A stretch of 42,095 nt of DNA from an uncultured archaeon (GTDB lineage Archaea; Asgardarchaeota; Lokiarchaeia; Sigyniarchaeales; SOKP01): assembly GCA_964388035.1 (NCBI GenBank), contig CAYLZE010000039.1, positions 1-42,095 on the forward strand, given 5' to 3'. The position numbers were made by a program, and so were the translations under genes. Position 1 is the stretch's first letter, and each line of letters starts with the position of its first letter. The notes below the pieces were generated by a model. It saw nothing but the letters and a program-made list of their open reading frames with translations. It was not told where the DNA came from and did no database searches. Of this stretch, positions 38,092 through 42,095 are shown in pieces.

Positions 38092-39198
38092 TTATTTCAA
38101 TTCGATAATTATGTCTTTAAAATCACTTTCTTGACTTAATTGAATTTCAGAAAATGCTTTACCCGCACCTCTAGCCCCTCCTGTGGATAAAAACATGAGA
38201 GCAAGAAACAATCGAACTAAAACAAATTTTTTTCCCATAGAGGTTGATTCCTCATTTTTTATGATATTCATTAACTCAAAAAAAGATGTCTGTTCTTTAT
38301 TATCTAAATTTATCGTTGCTCTAATGCGTTTTAACCAAGAATCATGTAATTCTTCAATAGTCTGTTCTTTTCCGCTTATATGTTTCAATATTTCCTTAGG
38401 TAGCTTTGCCTTGGATCTCATCTGAATTCTTTGCTGTTTATTTTCTTCTCTACGGATTCTCATTCTTTTAAGTTTTTCTTTCTTCTGCATGGTTTCAATG
38501 ATCGCAGATCTCATGGCATCAAACAATTCTTCTTTGGTAGAGATTTCCATCTTTGGTCGAACTGGCTGAGGAAGGGACTTTGGAATCGTTCTTTCATGAC
38601 TTTTCCGCAGTTTTTCAATTTCTTCCTGTTTTTGGATCTCTTCTTCTTCTTTTATGACACTTGAAATTTTATAATGATGCAATACTGCCGAGTTCTTCAA
38701 TGCTATTCCTGAGATTTTATAATTAATAAGATTCTCTTTAAGCATTTTGTCAAAGAAGTCATTAACTAAACTACCAAGCCCATAAAACACGATTTCGGAC
38801 TCTTTAGCGAGTTCTGAATCTAATAAACTAGAATATGGGGGTTTATTCCAAAAATTTAACTCCATCTTGTCTTTTTTACCTAAGGAGGGATCTTCTTCTA
38901 TTCCCGCAATGAGTTCCTTTTCTACCTCTTGGGTACTTTCTTCTTCACTATCAATTAAATTTGAACCATTATCTTCTATCTTTTTCTCTTCTGTTTCTGC
39001 ATCGCCATTCTTATCTTTAAGAAACACTACAGCACGTTGAATATATTTTGAAGCAGTTGATTTTCCAATCCCCTTTACTTTAATTAGATCTTCTACTTTA
39101 ACTGAAGCTAAATCTTCGACAGAATCAATCCCTGCTTCCCTTAGAGTGGTAGCTGTCTTTTTTCCAATTCCGCCTATTTCTTCTAATGAGTGAACCAT
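38092..39198 (-). CDS. scpA: ScpA-like kleisin fused to an N-terminal helix-hairpin-helix domain
   Basis: Tandem HhH (IGGIGKKTA, VKGIGKSTA); kleisin N-domain (INYKISGIALKNSAVLHHYK); C-terminal winged helix (SFFEL...VRLFLALMFL...IQLSQESDFKDI). Directly upstream of scpB. Confidence 0.82.
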   Translation of the reverse strand: MVHSLEEIGGIGKKTATTLREAGIDSVEDLASVKVEDLIKVKGIGKSTASKYIQRAVVFLKDKNGDAETEEKKIEDNGSNLIDSEEESTQEVEKELIAGIEEDPSLGKKDKMELNFWNKPPYSSLLDSELAKESEIVFYGLGSLVNDFFDKMLKENLINYKISGIALKNSAVLHHYKISSVIKEEEEIQKQEEIEKLRKSHERTIPKSLPQPVRPKMEISTKEELFDAMRSAIIETMQKKEKLKRMRIRREENKQQRIQMRSKAKLPKEILKHISGKEQTIEELHDSWLKRIRATINLDNKEQTSFFELMNIIKNEESTSMGKKFVLVRLFLALMFLSTGGARGAGKAFSEIQLSQESDFKDIIIELK

Positions 39199-39457
39199 AT
39201 GAATAATTTGGACTTATTTACTATTTACTAAGATACTTTAAATTATTCTATTATTATTAATAGAATCACTATTTCTTACCACTATTTTATAATTAATTCA
39301 TAATATTCGGTTTTTAAATATCTTTCTTCTTTAAAGTTGAAACTCTATTAATAAATGAAATCATAACATAATTAGTGAAATTAAATTCTCTAACTATTAC
39401 AAAATTAATAGAAAAAATCCAGAGGATAACGGAATTTAAATTACAAGTGATAGAAAT

Positions 39458-40105
39458 TTAAATAATTACTAATCTCTCGTTTTTTAAAGTAGGCTCAAGT
39501 AATGTTAATAAATCGGGATTGATAAATAACAGGATTTGTCTAAGTGCTTCTAACGCGCCATAGCCCTTAACTGCAATGGTAATTCTGTATGATATTCTTA
39601 AATGCTCCTCATTATCAATAAAATTACCAAAACGGGCCCTTAAGACCTCTCTGAACTCATCTATCGAAATTAGATCTGATTTATTCGTGTCATACTTATT
39701 TAAACATAAAACAATAGGTATTTTTGAGAGATTTTCACCAAAAATGGAAACGAGCTCGGAAAAACTTGCCAAATCGTGCTCCAATTCTGATTTTCTTGCA
39801 TCTGCAATAAATACTATTCCATCACAACCTTGTTTCATGATTACCATGCGATTATCTTTATAGTATTTTTGTCCTGTTGTACCGATTAAGACGAGTTTGA
39901 CCTTCCAACCCTTAGAAATAACAAAGGTATAAACCCCGTGATCCCAGAACAACGTTCTTCCATGAGTGCCCTCAATCTTATCTAAAACGCCACTTGCTCC
40001 ATACAACGAATGAATATAATCGATCATGGTTGTTTTTCCTGCCATTGCAGGCCCATAATATATAATTTTAACAAAGATGGTCTTTGAAAGTTGATCAATA
40101 ATCAT
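39458..40105 (-). CDS. MglA-like small Ras-family GTPase
   Basis: KIIYYGPAMAGKTT, GRTLFWD, GTTGQ (TxxGQ-type G3), NKYD and IAVKG. Confidence 0.88.
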   Translation of the reverse strand: MIIDQLSKTIFVKIIYYGPAMAGKTTMIDYIHSLYGASGVLDKIEGTHGRTLFWDHGVYTFVISKGWKVKLVLIGTTGQKYYKDNRMVIMKQGCDGIVFIADARKSELEHDLASFSELVSIFGENLSKIPIVLCLNKYDTNKSDLISIDEFREVLRARFGNFIDNEEHLRISYRITIAVKGYGALEALRQILLFINPDLLTLLEPTLKNERLVII

Positions 40106-40248
40106 ATCTATTATCTTTCTCTATCTTATTATTTAAACTGAACTTTTTATTAATTTAGAATTCTAAATAAATCCCACGAAGTGAAAGGAGATTTTTGGTT
40201 TTAATAACCTCATAATTCCCATATCTGCCAAATTTTCTTCATGAAATA

Positions 40249-40545
40249 TTAAGCAGCAACAATCAGGTAACATATTTGGGCAAAGAAAAAGACTCCTAAA
40301 AGACCAATAGTAATTACAACAAGAGTTAGTAGAGAATTAATAAAAAGCGTGGATTCTAAACCATAAAAATAAAGTATGGTTTTCAATTTTTCTATTAATA
40401 TAAGAAGAGGCAAAAGTAAAATGAGATAAAAAATAAAACATATAAGTGTTCCAAAAAGATCTGCTGAGATTGCTGCATACATGAAAATTATTATTAACAA
40501 GCTTAAATACAATATTATTCCAAACAAGAGAATATTAAAATTCAC
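40249..40545 (-). CDS. Small hydrophobic membrane protein (about 3 TM)
   Basis: Three hydrophobic stretches in 98 aa with a GTG start. No recognised family. Confidence 0.55.
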   Translation of the reverse strand: MNFNILLFGIILYLSLLIIIFMYAAISADLFGTLICFIFYLILLLPLLILIEKLKTILYFYGLESTLFINSLLTLVVITIGLLGVFFFAQICYLIVAA

Positions 40546-40969
40546 GATAAAACTATATTCTTAAAAAAGTAGATTAATTCCACTATTTCTTATTTAGGAA
40601 TTTTCAAAAGACCTTATTCTAACCATAATTCCGTAAATTCTTAAACTAAAGAAAAATCAACTAAATAATTAAAAGGGAGATTTTTAATTGTGAAAAGGGT
40701 TAATCTTTATTGCAGAGGGGTGCCACTTTTTTTTCCATAAAGGCTAATTGATGTGATATATTAAAATATAATCTTCCTGCATGTAAATAATTCTAAAATA
40801 AAATTATCGTACTTTTAAAAATTATCTTTCAAAAAAGTATTATGATCTCTTATTTTAATGAAGTCTTAAAAGCGACTGAGAGGGATAGATATTTTTCAAG
40901 GTGTTCTTTAAATAGATCCTATGCGTCTTTTTTTAATTCATTAGTTATAATTATAAAAAAAGAAATCTG

Positions 40970-41728
40970 GTGATAATTATCTCGGAAATTGATGATGATT
41001 ATAACGAGGACAATGAAAATGATTATGACCTTGATTGCGAGGAAGAAGTTGAGGAGGAACTTGAAGAGAAAATAGAAAATTTAAAAGAAATTGATGATGA
41101 TCTTGAAGAAAAAAAGATTGAGGTTTCGGAAAAGATTCAAGAATTCAAGAGAAAATCTTCCGGGGTTGAGAATTTAAGTAAACAAGATATTGATATTAAG
41201 AATTATTATAAAGATTCTTCATTGAAAACGGAAAAAATATTGCATGATACTAAGAATGAACTTTTAAACAATGAAAAAACAGATCAATTGATTGCATTTA
41301 AGCTAAAAAATGATACTTGTTCACTTTACGACAAATCATATTTAACAGAGATAGGATTAAAAAAAAAAATAGATTTAGACGGAATTCCTGATGAAATTTC
41401 TTTCTTTTTGAACATGAGACGAATTAAAGTAAAAGAACTTGCAAGAAACATACCAAAAATCAGGGATAACGAAAATATTATACTAAAGAAAGAAAAAACC
41501 CAAATTTGTAAAAATGTTGTTAATTCTAATCAAAATGATAATTCTAATGAAATAAATGATGCGCATTCATTGGGGAAAAAAGATTTGCAGCAAAATGAAG
41601 AGATAAATGAAAAAACAGAAATCCTTATCGAAATTTTAAAGGTGCTAATCAATCTTATTGCCCAGGAAAATTCACAATCTGATAACTTTAAAAAAGACAT
41701 CTTAAAGATCTTAAATAAAAGAAATTAA
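40970..41728 (+). CDS. Acidic/low-complexity hypothetical protein, possibly the 5' part of a decayed longer gene
   Basis: D/E-rich N-terminus. It is in the same reading frame as the downstream zinc-ribbon remnants. Confidence 0.5.
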   Translation: MIIISEIDDDYNEDNENDYDLDCEEEVEEELEEKIENLKEIDDDLEEKKIEVSEKIQEFKRKSSGVENLSKQDIDIKNYYKDSSLKTEKILHDTKNELLNNEKTDQLIAFKLKNDTCSLYDKSYLTEIGLKKKIDLDGIPDEISFFLNMRRIKVKELARNIPKIRDNENIILKKEKTQICKNVVNSNQNDNSNEINDAHSLGKKDLQQNEEINEKTEILIEILKVLINLIAQENSQSDNFKKDILKILNKRN

Positions 41729-41755
41729 ACCAATTTTAATTAAAGGAAATTATAA

Positions 41756-42095
41756 GATCTTTTTGTTATCTCTATTTTTAACTTTTATCGCATCAAATCA
41801 ACTTATAAAATCAAATGTAAAAAAAGTCATAAATGGACCACAACTCCCGGCGCGGTTTATCAAGGTAGTTGGTGTCCAAATTGTAAAAAACGGTCAAATA
41901 GCTAGGATGTTATCTTTAAGTTTAAGAAAAAAGTATCTAAATTAAATTACGAATAATCAAAATATGAAAATAATATTAGATCTGTAAGAATTCAATGCTA
42001 AAAAGGGCATATCTTATGCATAACTCTACAACATTTGAAGTATTTGATGAAAAATAATCTTGAACGTAATAACAAAAGTAGAAAGACAGATGACC
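41756..42095 (+). pseudogene. Degenerate tandem zinc-ribbon (C-x3-H-x-W...WCPxC) repeats
   Basis: Frame 2 reads YKIKCKKSHKWTTTPGAVYQGSWCPNC (Cys at 41816-41884), stop at 41903, then SKYENNIRSVRIQC*KGH with an in-frame TAA at 41999. There is no start codon. Confidence 0.7.

Noticed and set aside
2487-39863. Numerous 60-125 aa ORFs antisense to or nested in long genes
   Set aside because: They overlap well-supported genes and have no motifs; typical antisense shadow frames.
41763-41945. 60-aa ORF from the ORF track
   Set aside because: Wrong frame; the recognisable zinc-ribbon motif lies in a different frame.
41726-42001. Stop-codon reassignment or readthrough explaining the in-frame stops
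   Set aside because: TAA and TAG terminate normal genes throughout the window, and the second repeat is degenerate in other ways, so decay is the simpler explanation.
1-42095. CRISPR arrays, IS elements, rRNA, selenoprotein/SECIS signals
   Set aside because: By eye there are no spaced direct repeats, transposase motifs, GC-rich rRNA-like tracts or genes interrupted by in-frame TGA.

Overview
AT-rich archaeal chromosomal window. Gene content and style (archaeal-type MCM, GINS23, Top6A/B, ValRS, LysW-pathway genes, an MglA-like GTPase, HEAT-repeat membrane proteins, frequent TTG/GTG starts) suggest an Asgard archaeon of the Lokiarchaeia type; this is an inference. It mostly carries housekeeping genes: HDAC, ADH/AOR, VIT1, rubrerythrin, mcm, gins23, pyrE, top6AB, coaBC, argX/lysX-lysZ-lysK, a glycyl radical enzyme, tRNA-Ala, valS and scpAB. 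The most unusual items are: (1) an unannotated atypical PI3K/HipA-like kinase-fold ORF divergently paired with a eukaryote-like PPP phosphatase; (2) a MoxR-VWA-SWIM operon in which the ATPase has a D-to-N Walker B change and the VWA protein starts with an AAA-lid-like segment; (3) a 1141-aa Top6B with three large insertions plus C-terminal HeH/Rho_N-like and winged-helix modules; (4) an HhH-fused ScpA kleisin; (5) tRNA-Ala(CGC) with a non-canonical 24/25 intron; (6) an apparent inversion separating gins23 from mcm; (7) an orphan, unclassified glycyl radical enzyme; (8) a decayed zinc-ribbon-repeat gene at the right end. All calls come from reading motifs by eye; no searches were run.
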